DNA of 64,000 nt from Thecamonas trahens ATCC 50062. Taxonomy: Eukaryota; Protista; Apusomonadida. The position numbers and the translations under genes are program-made. Numbering within the stretch: position 1 is the first letter of the stretch; the number at the start of each line of letters is the position of its first letter. This document shows, piece after piece, positions 1 to 11,200 of this stretch. Under the pieces are notes generated by a model. That model had not been told where the DNA came from, searched no databases, and saw nothing but the letters and a program-made list of their open reading frames with translations. Location of the stretch: positions 338,133 to 402,132 of the forward strand of contig NW_013657664.1 in NCBI RefSeq assembly GCF_000142905.1, read 5' to 3'.

Positions 1-2
1 TG

Positions 3-1010
3 GTGGACGTGACTGGTGCACACGACGGCGATGGCATGCACGAGCTCCAGCACCAGCCAGTCAAGTGGGCTGTCGACGTGCCGTCGGCCGACAAGGTCGA
101 TTCGTTCTGGAAGACGCAAAAGTCGGCACTGCTCCAGCTGCACGACGTCATCCGCCTCGCTGGCATTCGCATGCCGCTGGCCGGCCTGCCTGTTGCAGCA
201 TCAGAGAAGGTTGGCGGAAAGCCGCCGTCGCTGGCTGAAATTGTCCGCAAGTCGGCAACCGGCCATGAGGCCGAGGGCGAGGCCCACAAGCTCCCGCTCG
301 TGGCTATCGACAAGAAAAGCTCCAACTCGTCGCAGCTTGTCAAGCCCGACAGCAAGCCCACACCCGATGACATTGCCAACCTGCGGAGACAGGTCGACGG
401 AAACGTCCTGCCCACCGCCCACGTCGACGCCTCGTTCAACGCTTGCCGGCTCTTTGGCCACCTCACCGTGTCCAAGGTCCGCGGCAACTTTCACATCACC
501 GCCGGCCGCTCCATCGAGCGCGGCGGCGGACATGTCCACGACATGCACTCAGTTCCGGCCGGCGCCCTCAACTTTACTCACCGCATTCACCGGCTCTCCT
601 TTGGCGAGAACTTTCCGGGCATTGTCGCGCCGGCCGATACGCTCGTCTACCACACCACCCACTCGCTACAGATGTACCAATACTTTGTCAAGGTGGTGCC
701 CACGCTGTACAAGGCCTCGGCCGCTGACGTCGTCGACACCAACCAGTACTCGCTCACAGCCAACTCGCGTGCCATCGATCACTCGCGCGGGCAGCACGGC
801 ATGCCCGGCATCTTTTTCAACTACGAGTTTGAGCCTGTTCGTATCACCGTCTCGGAGACCTACTCCACTTTTCTCCACTTTATCACTCGGTGCTGCGCCA
901 TCATCGGCGGTGTCTACGCCGTCTCGGGCATGCTCGTCACCGCCATCAATGCCCTCCTCGACTCGGTGGCGGTCAAGCTCGGCCACCGCCGTGGCATCCT
1001 CAAGCTGTAG
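3..1010 (+). CDS. ERGIC2: ER-Golgi intermediate compartment protein (Erv41/ERGIC2-like), 5' partial
   Basis: COPII Erv C-terminal motifs: CRLFGHLTVSKVRGNFHITAG, NFTHRIHRLSFG, YQYFVKVVPT, GMPGIFFNYEFEP, then TM segment FITRCCAIIGGVY. ORF runs off the window start. Confidence 0.88.
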   Translation: MDVTGAHDGDGMHELQHQPVKWAVDVPSADKVDSFWKTQKSALLQLHDVIRLAGIRMPLAGLPVAASEKVGGKPPSLAEIVRKSATGHEAEGEAHKLPLVAIDKKSSNSSQLVKPDSKPTPDDIANLRRQVDGNVLPTAHVDASFNACRLFGHLTVSKVRGNFHITAGRSIERGGGHVHDMHSVPAGALNFTHRIHRLSFGENFPGIVAPADTLVYHTTHSLQMYQYFVKVVPTLYKASAADVVDTNQYSLTANSRAIDHSRGQHGMPGIFFNYEFEPVRITVSETYSTFLHFITRCCAIIGGVYAVSGMLVTAINALLDSVAVKLGHRRGILKL

Positions 1011-1034
1011 CCCGTAAAGTGGGCCTTTCGTGAC

Positions 1035-3163
1035 TCACACGTTCTCTTTTGCCTCCTCGCGGGGCTTGGCCGCTCGACCGGGGACATGCCTCGCCCTCTT
1101 GGACGCGTGCGTCTCGCCAGCCGGCAGCGGCTTGTCGAGAACCACCACTCGCTCTTCAAACGTCTCCCATGCAGTCGTTCCGCGGCGGACAAGCGGGTTG
1201 CGCCACGGCGGCCGATGGTCCTTGGGGGGCGACGTCGGCAGAGGCGCGGAGCTCGGCGGCGGGACCAGATCCGGTGCCTGCGGCTGGACCGGCGAGTCGA
1301 ACTGCCACAGCGGCGAGTTGAGGCCGAGTCGCGAACGAACAGCCTGGATGTACTCGGCCCGGTCAACCGGCTCTTCGCGACCTGGCGTCTGGGGCGGGTT
1401 CTGCGAGCCGAGCGGCGCCTTGTGGCGCGCCATCTGTCGCGAGTTGTCGTTGATGGCCGGCGTAAAGTCGAGCTGCGTCGCAGGGTCTTGAGGGGGTGGG
1501 TGGTACGGGACCTTGGACAGCACATATGCGGCAGGACCATACGTGTCCGGAGCAGAAAGGAACGTTTGCATGACTGTCTTGAACTGCAGCAGCGAGACGA
1601 GGCCAAGCGAGGCCTCTCCGACTTTGTACAGCCGCTGGAGCAGCGGATCAGCCACCGTCTTGGGGAACGGAAGTTGCGCGGGCTCGTGAAGCTCAGCAGT
1701 CCGGATGAATGACGAGGTTTCCATGGAGCCACCTGAGATGTCGACAAGCCGCTCAAAGGCACACGCTAGGATCTTGTCGGTCCGCTTGCGCGCCTTGACC
1801 CGCGACGCTGGGCGGACTTCGACCAGCTCCGGCTGCGGCGCGGTAACACGCCGTTTCGGGGTCTGGTACAGTCGCTCATGGACTGGACCTTTGGATGCTG
1901 CGATGGTCGCCGAGCTCTCGTTGATGAGCGGCTTAAAGTATGCCTGGCCGGTGACCTTGTCGCGGAGATCAAGCCCCTGTTCGAGCTGGAGCTGGTGGAT
2001 GACCTGCTGCTTCGAGTGCGCGCCGGCTTGCGAGAGACGGGCGAAAAACGCCGGCCGGCTCTCATTTCGGGCCAGGAACTTATCAGCGCCGATGTCGGGG
2101 TGGTATGTGTGCGATTCTTCGAGCTGCTCGCGGAGCTCGTCGCGTGCCATTGACCGCCTTGCGCCATCCTCGTAGAGCTTGACAAACCGCGGGCCGTTGT
2201 CGGCCTTGCCGTCGGGCGACGCCGAGCGCGCCTTGAGCGGCGTCTTGTTGACGACAGGAGCAAATGTAAACTGTGCAAGCTCGGCCACCTGTAGCGCCTT
2301 GGCTCGCTCGGCGCGTGCCTTCTCGATCTCCTCGCGGTCGGCGTGCAGTCGCTCGAATGCGTTGGAGTGCCCGCCGCGGCCGCGGACCTTGCGCTCGTAC
2401 AAGTCACGGGCGAGCGGTGTGATCTTTGGTTTGGCGCGCATGACGCTCGCTTCGCGCTCAGCCTTCTCAGCATCCCGCGCCGCACGAAGCTTGGCAATCT
2501 TGGCCTTGCGCGCCGCCGCCGCCTGGTACAACCGATCGACTACGGCGATGCCGCTGGAGCTGGCCCGCCGCCGACGCGGCACCGCTGAGCTTGACTCTGC
2601 GCGTGAGCTCGAGTGCACCGGTCCCTTTTGTGGTCCAGTGGGCGAGCCGCTGGCTTCGCGGGCGGCGGCTGTCTCGCTGCCGCCGTCGCCGCTCGATGCC
2701 TGCGCGCCCTTGGCGCGAGCGTAGAGACGATCAAAGACAGTAAACGCACCATCCGGATCTTTGCGCTTGCGGGCTTTGACCATAGCCCGCGAGCGGGCGT
2801 CGATGACTGGGTGGTGGGTGTCGCGAGCGTCGCGAGCGTCATTGTCCGCGGGAGGCCCGGCCTTGGCGGCGGCGCGGACGAGCCACGACGGAGTCGCCGG
2901 GGCCACCGGCGGGCGCGGGAGAGCCGAGTCGAGGACGTCGGCCAGATAACCGGCGAGTGGAGCAATGTGGTGCGAAGGCAGGGCGTGGTCGAGGCAAAAC
3001 TGGGCAGCGAGGCGGGCGGTAGCGGAAGCACGCGTTCCTGTCGGCGTCTCGGCCAGCCGAGCCGGGAGGGTCAGCGGGACGCGGTTGCTGCCGTCGGCCT
3101 CGAGCGGGACGTGGAGCACGAGCAGGACGGGAGGCTCTTCAGCACTCTGCGTGGGACTTGCCA
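1035..3163 (-). CDS. hypothetical protein with repeated (F/V)xRLY and FxPxIN motifs, possibly microtubule-associated
   Basis: Long ORF; likely start MASPTQ at 3163. Repeats VFDRLY/VVDRLY/AFERLH/VHERLY and FTFAPVVN/YFKPLIN/FTPAIN. Confidence 0.7.
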
Positions 3164-3527
3164 TCCTGCTGCCACCCGACGTAATCACAATTGAGGAGGG
3201 AGGGCGGAGAAGAGGGAGGGGGGGGGGAGGGGAGGAGGGGAGCAGTGGAGCGTTGTGGTTGTGGCTGTGCTGGTAGACGTCGCGGTGCTGCCAGTCTGGT
3301 CGATCAGCTGCAACTGGCTGTTTTGGCGCCAACCGCCCCGCACCGTGCACCTGGACAATGCCCTGATTATTCGCTGGCGTACTATTCATCGTTCGCAAGC
3401 ATACCATTCATCGTTCGCTGTCGCGGGGAAACCATTCAATGTTCGCATTCCATTAATCGTTCGTTTGGCCTGTCTTCGACCTGGCATGTTTGCTCGCTTG
3501 TTCGTTTTCCGGTTACCCCCCCCCCCC

Positions 3528-4035
3528 NNNNNNNNNNNNNNNNNNNNNNNNNNNNNNNNNNNNNNNNNNNNNNNNNNNNNNNNNNNNNNNNNNNNNNNNN
3601 NNNNNNNNNNNNNNNNNNNNNNNNNNNNNNNNNNNNNNNNNNNNNNNNNNNNNNNNNNNNNNNNNNNNNNNNNNNNNNNNNNNNNNNNNNNNNNNNNNNN
3701 NNNNNNNNNNNNNNNNNNNNNNNNNNNNNNNNNNNNNNNNNNNNNNNNNNNNNNNNNNNNNNNNNNNNNNNNNNNNNNNNNNNNNNNNNNNNNNNNNNNN
3801 NNNNNNNNNNNNNNNNNNNNNNNNNNNNNNNNNNNNNNNNNNNNNNNNNNNNNNNNNNNNNNNNNNNNNNNNNNNNNNNNNNNNNNNNNNNNNNNNNNNN
3901 NNNNNNNNNNNNNNNNNNNNNNNNNNNNNNNNNNNNNNNNNNNNNNNNNNNNNNNNNNNNNNNNNNNNNNNNNNNNNNNNNNNNNNNNNNNNNNNNNNNN
4001 NNNNNNNNNNNNNNNNNNNNNNNNNNNNNNNNNNN
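3528..4035. other. assembly gap
   Basis: N run following a poly-C tract. Confidence 0.99.
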
Positions 4036-4203
4036 AAATCCTCCCCTCCCCCCTCCCTCTCTCCTCATTCCGCTCCATCTCTCCTCCTCCCTCTCCCAGC
4101 AGTGCCAAGCGACAGAGAGCCCAGTCCGCACCACCCGCAGCCAGCTGTGCGACAGACAACGAACTCACCCTCCCCCACCCATCCACTCGGTACTGCAGTC
4201 GCC

Positions 4204-7200
4204 ATGCCGTGCTTCAATCGCGAGCCCAAGGTGCCTGCGCGCCGAATGGTTTATGTAGGCGATGCGGAACGCAACGCAGAGATGGGCTTCCCCAACAACA
4301 AGGTGGTCACCGCCCAGTACACGGTGCTCAACTTTCTGCCCGTCAACCTCTTTGCTCAGTTCCATCGAGTGGCCAACCTCTACTTTCTGCTCATTGCCCT
4401 GTTGCAGCAGATTCCGGGCGCATCGCCGCTCGGGCAAGGGACGACGGCCATGACCCTTGTCGTCGTCCTCACCTTTACCGCCATCAAGGACGCGTGGGAG
4501 GACTACAAGCGCCACCGCTCCGACGCCGAAGTCAACTCGCGGCCGATCCTCGTCCTCCGCGACGGCTTCAACGCCCCACGGCCGATCATCTCGCGGGACG
4601 TTGCTGTCGGCGACATTGTCCGCATCGAGGACAACCAGTTTTTCCCGGCTGACCTACTCCTGCTCTCCACCTCGGAGCCGGCCGGCATGTGCTACATCGA
4701 GACGCGCAACCTCGACGGCGAGACCAATCTCAAGGAGCGTCTGGCGATGCGCTCGACGCGCGATGTGCTCGATTCTGCGCCCAAACTGCTAGGCCTCCGT
4801 GGTGAGCTCGAGTGCGAGGGCCCCAACAACCGCATCGACTCTTTTGACGGCTCGCTGACCCTCGCCGGCGGCGAGTCGCAGCGGATTGACCCCAAAAACG
4901 TCCTACTCACCGGCTGCCAGCTCAAGTACACCAAGTGGATCTACGCCATGGTCATCTACACCGGAAAGCACACCAAGCTCCAGATGCAGACCGCCAACGA
5001 GAAGAAGATCAAGAAGACTTCGGACATCGAAAAGGTGACCAACCGGCTCATCATCCTTATTTTCGCGCTCCAGATTCTCATGTGCATTGTCTCGGCCGCC
5101 GGCTACGGCATCTGGATCCGCGACCACCAGGACACCGCCATGTATCTGCACATGGGCGACCTTGTGCCGGCTGCCCAGGGCGCGTTCTCTGTCCTCACCT
5201 TCCTCATCCTCTACTCCAACCTCATCCCCATCTCCCTCTACGTGTCGATGGAGACCGTCAAGGTTGGCCAGGCCGAGTGGATCAACCAGGACCTCGAGAT
5301 GTTCTACGAGGCCGACAACATCCCCGCAAAGTGCCGAACCTCGGCTCTCAACGAGGAGCTCGGCCAGGTTGAGTACATCTTCTCCGACAAGACCGGCACC
5401 CTCACCTGCAATAACCTTGTTTTCGTCAAGGCCTCCATCGGCGGCAAGGCATACGGCGCGGGCACAACTGACTTTGCCGCCATAGGAGCTCGCAAAATCC
5501 GGAAGTTTGTCTCCGAGGGATCGCTCGGCACCGTCAAGACCTCTGTGGGCGGTGGCGGCGGCGCAGGCCATGGCCAGCACCACCACCGCCGCGGCGGTGG
5601 CGCTGATGAAGCCTACTCGGAGTACTCGTACCTCGGCGACGAGCAGCAGGAGGAAGAGGAGGAGTCCGGCCGCGGTGCCGGTGCCACGGCCCGCGACGAC
5701 GCCGACTCTTACGAACTCGAGAGCTACTCGTACTCGTATTCAGAGTCGTTCTACACCTACTCGTACTCAGACCCGGCCGGCGGCCCGTCCGCCCGCAAGC
5801 CGCCGCGCGGCCCGCAAACCGTCCAAGTTGCACTCAAGGGCGCGCCGCCGAAGCGGAGCCGGAGCTCGGCCGGGCGGCTTGCCCGCCTCACCAAGGGCGG
5901 GCCCGAGCTGGAGGACACACCACTTTTCAAGGGTCTCGCTGTCCCGCACTGCGAGTTTGTTGACGAGGGTAACGCCATGGTGACTGACCTCCGCGCCCAG
6001 GGCTACACTGCGGCCGACATCGAGCTATTCTTCCTCAACTGTGCCCTCAACCACACCGTCATTCCGCGTGCCGACACCGAGTCATCTACCGGCGTCTCAT
6101 ACCAGGCCGGCTCGCCCGACGAGGGCGCACTTGTCTACACCGCCGCAAACTTTGGCTACCTCTTCCACTCGCGGACGCCCGACACGTACACCGTCTCGGT
6201 CATGGGCCGCGATGTGACGTTTGACATGCTCAACTTCAACTTTTTCGACAACACCCGCAAGCGGATGTCGGTCGTGGTGGGCATGCCCGATGGAACCAAG
6301 GTGTTGTTTGTCAAGGGCGCCGACTCGTTTGTCCTCCCGCTCCTCGACGAGGACGACGCTGAGAACATGCGCAAGAAGGACATGACCGATGAGCATCTCA
6401 CCCTCTTTGCCGCCAAGGGCCTCCGCACACTGGTCCTCGCCTACAAGGTTCTTGACGAGGAAGCGTATGAGGCGTACAACGCCATCTACAACGAGGCCAA
6501 TGAGATGCCCGGCGGACCCAAGGGCTCGCAAGGCTACAAGGAGAAGAAGACCAAGATGCAGCTCGCATACCGCATGATTGAGGCCGACAACCGCGACCTC
6601 ATCCTCATCGGCGCCTCGGCCATCGAGGATCGGCTGCAAGATGGCGTGCCCGAGACCATCGCCACTCTCCGCAAGGCCGGCATCAAGATCTGGGTTCTCA
6701 CTGGCGACAAGCAGGATACTGCTATTCAGATCGGCTACTCTTGCAACCTGCTCGACCAGGGCAAAGACATTGTCATTCTCAACGACGAGGGCGACTCGGA
6801 GGCCGACACGGCCAAGTTTAAGATCGACAAGACGGCGTCCGACGAGGAAAAGCACCGCGCTCGCCTCGCCGCCGTCAAGCGTGCCCAGGAGCGCATGCTG
6901 CCGATCATGGAGCAAAAGCTCGCCGAGATGCGCGAGACGCTCGAGCGCGACCCTGCGTTTGAGTTCCAGTGCGCGGTCGACGGGCACACGCTCGAAGCGC
7001 TCCTCGGCGACGCTGGCTCGTCAAGCAACGACGAGCTGACGGCCAAGACAGCCAAGGCCCTGCTCGACCTCACCATGCAGTGCAAGTCGGTCATTGGCTG
7101 CCGGGTCTCGCCGGCGCAAAAGGCGCAGGTGGTCAACTTTGTCAAGGACAACCTGCATCCGATCACGCTCGCCATTGGCGACGGCGCCAACGACGTGGTC

Positions 7201-8259
7201 ATGATCAAGGCCGCCAACATTGGCGTTGGCATCTCGGGCCGCGAAGGCCAGCAGGCCTCCAACTCGGCCGACTACGCCTTTGGCCAGTTCCGCTATCTTA
7301 AGCCGCTGCTTCTTGTCCACGGCCACTGGTGCTATCACCGCATTGCCAAGCTCATCCTCTACTCGTTCTACAAGAACATGGCGCTTGCACTCGTTCCCTT
7401 CTGGTTTGTCTTTGTCAACGGCTTCTCTGGCCAGTCGTTTGTGGAAAAGTGGACGTTCTCGCTGTACAACGTGGTTTACACCGCGCTGCCCATCCTCATC
7501 GTTGGCCTGTTTGACCAGTGCCTCTCACGCGAAGTACTCAACACCTTTCCGCAGCTCTACACCTCGGGCATCCGCAAGCGCTTCTTCTCTATCAAGATGT
7601 TTGCCGGCTGGATCCTCTCGGCTGTTTACCACTCGCTGGTCTTTTTCTTTGTCACCTCATCAGCCATCGAGCACGGCATCTTCAGCGCGGATGGCCGCAC
7701 CACCGGTATCTTTGGCAACGGCGTCATCATCATGGCCGTTGTCGTCCTCACTGTCACCCTCAAGCTCGCGCTGGAGACCAACAACTGGACCGTGCTCAAC
7801 CTCGCCGCTGTCGGCCTCTCGCTCTTTGGCTTTTTCTTCTGGATCGCCGTCTTCTCGTTCATGGGCGAGATCTCTGATGACGCAGCTAACATGCTGGGTG
7901 TCGGGACCAAGATGTACGGAACGGGTGTGTTCTGGTTCACGCTGCTCCTTGTTCCCGTCATCTGCATCGTGCCCGACCTGGTGTACAAGTACGCCAAGCG
8001 AACGTTCTTTTACGAGCCGTATGACATTGTCAACGAGCTCGAGCTTGTCCATCGCAAGTCAGGCGACGGCCGCTCGTTCAAGGACTTTCTTGCTGCTGCT
8101 GCCGAGGCGTCAGGCTCGTCTGTCCAGCTTGGGCAGGCGGATGGCGACGGACCTGTTGTCGGCGGCTTTGTCTTTGACCCGCCGCCCGGCTCGTTTGAGC
8201 ATGCCGTGCTCCACCACGCGCCATCTGGCCGCGATCACGCGGAAGATGCCAACGAGTAA
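4204..8259 (+). CDS. P4-type phospholipid-transporting ATPase (flippase, Drs2/ATP8A-like)
   Basis: LDGETNLK, IPISLYVS, DKTGTLT phosphorylation motif, TGDKQDTA, GDGAND, 10-TM pattern. ATG at 4204. Confidence 0.97.
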   Translation: MPCFNREPKVPARRMVYVGDAERNAEMGFPNNKVVTAQYTVLNFLPVNLFAQFHRVANLYFLLIALLQQIPGASPLGQGTTAMTLVVVLTFTAIKDAWEDYKRHRSDAEVNSRPILVLRDGFNAPRPIISRDVAVGDIVRIEDNQFFPADLLLLSTSEPAGMCYIETRNLDGETNLKERLAMRSTRDVLDSAPKLLGLRGELECEGPNNRIDSFDGSLTLAGGESQRIDPKNVLLTGCQLKYTKWIYAMVIYTGKHTKLQMQTANEKKIKKTSDIEKVTNRLIILIFALQILMCIVSAAGYGIWIRDHQDTAMYLHMGDLVPAAQGAFSVLTFLILYSNLIPISLYVSMETVKVGQAEWINQDLEMFYEADNIPAKCRTSALNEELGQVEYIFSDKTGTLTCNNLVFVKASIGGKAYGAGTTDFAAIGARKIRKFVSEGSLGTVKTSVGGGGGAGHGQHHHRRGGGADEAYSEYSYLGDEQQEEEEESGRGAGATARDDADSYELESYSYSYSESFYTYSYSDPAGGPSARKPPRGPQTVQVALKGAPPKRSRSSAGRLARLTKGGPELEDTPLFKGLAVPHCEFVDEGNAMVTDLRAQGYTAADIELFFLNCALNHTVIPRADTESSTGVSYQAGSPDEGALVYTAANFGYLFHSRTPDTYTVSVMGRDVTFDMLNFNFFDNTRKRMSVVVGMPDGTKVLFVKGADSFVLPLLDEDDAENMRKKDMTDEHLTLFAAKGLRTLVLAYKVLDEEAYEAYNAIYNEANEMPGGPKGSQGYKEKKTKMQLAYRMIEADNRDLILIGASAIEDRLQDGVPETIATLRKAGIKIWVLTGDKQDTAIQIGYSCNLLDQGKDIVILNDEGDSEADTAKFKIDKTASDEEKHRARLAAVKRAQERMLPIMEQKLAEMRETLERDPAFEFQCAVDGHTLEALLGDAGSSSNDELTAKTAKALLDLTMQCKSVIGCRVSPAQKAQVVNFVKDNLHPITLAIGDGANDVVMIKAANIGVGISGREGQQASNSADYAFGQFRYLKPLLLVHGHWCYHRIAKLILYSFYKNMALALVPFWFVFVNGFSGQSFVEKWTFSLYNVVYTALPILIVGLFDQCLSREVLNTFPQLYTSGIRKRFFSIKMFAGWILSAVYHSLVFFFVTSSAIEHGIFSADGRTTGIFGNGVIIMAVVVLTVTLKLALETNNWTVLNLAAVGLSLFGFFFWIAVFSFMGEISDDAANMLGVGTKMYGTGVFWFTLLLVPVICIVPDLVYKYAKRTFFYEPYDIVNELELVHRKSGDGRSFKDFLAAAAEASGSSVQLGQADGDGPVVGGFVFDPPPGSFEHAVLHHAPSGRDHAEDANE

Positions 8260-8282
8260 AGCAGTTATTGGTGTTATTCAGG

Positions 8283-11200
8283 TTACAGCGCGTCGAGCGC
8301 GAGGACGAGCGAGCGCAGACGGGTGAGCGACGGCGAGATGGCGGCGATGGCGGCAAGAACGGTCGCCTCGGCGATGGGAGTGTGTGGAGCAGCCTCAATG
8401 ACGACCCGAGCGTCAAGGACCGGTCCAGCAACGAGGTGGTCATGGTGGAGGTTCGGAAGGTAGACGGCAAAGCGAGTCGAGGAGCGAAGCGAGTTGAAGC
8501 GAAGGCACAGTGCCTGCGACGACGACCCCGCCGAGTCTCCGGTGCCGGGCAGCGGCTCGTACGAGATGTCGAAGAGCGCGGCAAGCTGGGCAAGCTGGCG
8601 CGAGAGAAGCATGACTCGACCAAAGTGGAGCTCGAGATCATCGAGAATGGCCCGGACTGCAGGTCCGTCGTATGGCAGCGGCGCGTCCATGTACAGCATG
8701 GCGTCGATGCCGATGGCGTCAAAGAGAGGCGCAACAAAGACGTTGGCCTCCGGCAGCACAGCCGCGCTGGTTCCAGTCAGAAGTGTCCGCCCGGCCGGCG
8801 ACGGCTGGAGCTGGAGGGCCACGCTAAACTCGGATCCAAAGGTGAGTGCGATCGAGGCGTCGGCCTTGAAGGCCTTGAGCGACCAGTCCGAGAGACCACG
8901 GACAATGGCGAGAGTCTCACTCAGCGCCTCGACGGCCTCGTACGAGGTCTCGCACCCTGCAGCCGAGGCTGCGGCTCGGGCCGCGGCACGCTTCAGCGCG
9001 TTGCGCTTCAGCGCAAGGCCACGAAGGCCGTCCTCGGCAAGGCCCTTGGTGGCCTCGAGGTGGGCGACACCGGCCGCTGCCTGCGAGTTGGCGCTTGTGG
9101 CCGCTGCCAACTCGGTCCGGAGCGCAGCAAGCTCCGAGGCTTTGTGGAGGTTGGTCAGGGTGTTGATCTTGGAGTCGTACAGTGAGGCAAGGTCGCGCGA
9201 CGTCTCGCACACGCCTGCGGCACGGGCCAGGATGGCCAGATCGCCCTCCAGTAGCTGCGAGGAGCGCGAGTAGCCGGCAGCGAGCTTGCCGTTGAGCTTG
9301 GCGAGCCAGGCGTACCACTTGACCTTGGCCCGACCCTTGGCCAGAGCCTTGAGATCGACAACCCGGTCGACGAGCGCTGACTCTTCAGCCGAGCCAGGCT
9401 GGGCCAGCGCCAGCGCCTTCATGATTGGCGCGTTGTCGGAGGAGAGCGACGCCGCCAGCGCGTTAGCGCGCTCGTGTAGCGAGGCGGTCAGTTGCTCCAG
9501 CTGAGTGCAGCCAAACGAAAAGATCGAGGTCTCTGGGCCGAGGACAAAGACCGAGAGCAGCTCGAGCGCAATCGGGTCGTCGGTTGGCATCGGCGGCGGT
9601 GGGAGGAGGGTCGGCCGGCGTGTCGAAAACTGGGTAAACAGCTGGACTGAGGTCCGGACTAGGAACTCGTCCATCGAGAGCGTCGGCTCCGGCAGCGGCG
9701 CAACGGTGCCTACCGTCGTTGTCATCTCCATCGACTCATCAGCAACATCCATCGGCACAGGGGCTGCATCAAACGCTGCCTGTGCGACCTCGGAGCCGAC
9801 AGTGGTCGTCATCTCCATGGCGTCGTCGTCGCCAAGCAGATCAAGTGAGTTGTCTGCGGGAGTGGCGTCAAACGCCGCAGCAGTGGCGGCGGCAGACACC
9901 ACGTCGGCGTTGATGGTCGTCGTCATCTCCATTGACTCGTCAGCGTCTGCCTCGGCCTCGACTTCCGCCTCGACCTCCGCCTCGGCCTTCACGTTTCCGA
10001 CGGCGACAGTCATCTCCATGGTGTCGTTGTCGAGCAGATCGAGCGAGTTGTCTGCGGGAGTGGCGTCAAACGCCGCGGCAGTGGCGGCGGCAGACACCAC
10101 GTCGGCGTTGATGTTCGTCGTCATCTCCATTGACTCGTCAGCCTCGACCCCCGCCTCGGCCTTCACGTTTCCGACGGCGACAGTCATCTCCATGGTGTCG
10201 TTGTCGAGCAGATCGAGCGAGTTGTCTGCGGGAGTGGCGTCAAACGCCGCGGCAGTGGCGGCGGCAGACACCACGTCGGCGTTGATGGTCGTCGTCATCT
10301 CCATTGACTCGTCAGCGTCTGCCTCGGCCTCGACTTCCGCCTCGACCTCCGCCTCGGCCTTGACATTTCCGACGGTGACAGTCATCTCCATGGTGTCGTC
10401 GTCAGCGGCATCTAGACCCTGAAGCGAGTCGACATCAAACGCCGCCGCAACAGCATCGGCGCTGACAGTCTCGGTCATCTCCATCGAGTCGTCCTCAGAG
10501 TCGGCACCAGAGGGCGCAGACACCGGTGCGGCGGCAAGAGCCTCCTGCTCAAATGCTTGTGAGAGGTTCTTGGTGGGGACACGAGAGAGTGTAAAGACCT
10601 GCTGACCAGTGCCTGCCTGGCTAAGCATCGAGTCGTCGTCATCATCGTCGACAGCGAGGCTCGCCGACGGTGCAATGTCGAACGCTGGGTTTGGCGCGGC
10701 CTCATCCACCGTCGTTGACAGCCGCTCGTCGGTTGTGAGGGTGAGAAGTGCTGCTGAGGCCACGGCCGACGACGCGACGTAGGCTGGCTTGGACGAAAAA
10801 GTCTCGGTCAGCTCGATCGAATCGTCGTCGACCTCGTCGGAATCAAACGAGAACTCGGCGGCGGCCGGCGTGGCGATCGACTCCTGTGGATCGGCTTGCC
10901 ACAGGTCGTTGAGCGACATGAGAGGGCCCATCGACTCGTTGCCTTCGCTGCTCACCGTCGAGTCAAGCATCGAGTCGAGGTTCGACGACATCGAGGTGTT
11001 GGCCGACGAAGCCAGCGAGGTCGAGAGCGACTCGAGAGCAGAGAACGAGGCCACAGGCGCGTCGCCTAGCGGATGCATGCTCGCGCCGTAGCCGGAAAGG
11101 TCGGCGTCAGAGTCAGACTCTGGTTGCGGCGACATCCATTCCTCGTGCCGCTTCTCGTACTCTCGGACCGAGGCGATGGTCGGCGCAAACGAGACCCGTC

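Noticed and set aside
9830-10400. CRISPR-like or mobile repeat array
   Set aside because: Repeats are in-frame coding units of KNL1 without unique spacers.
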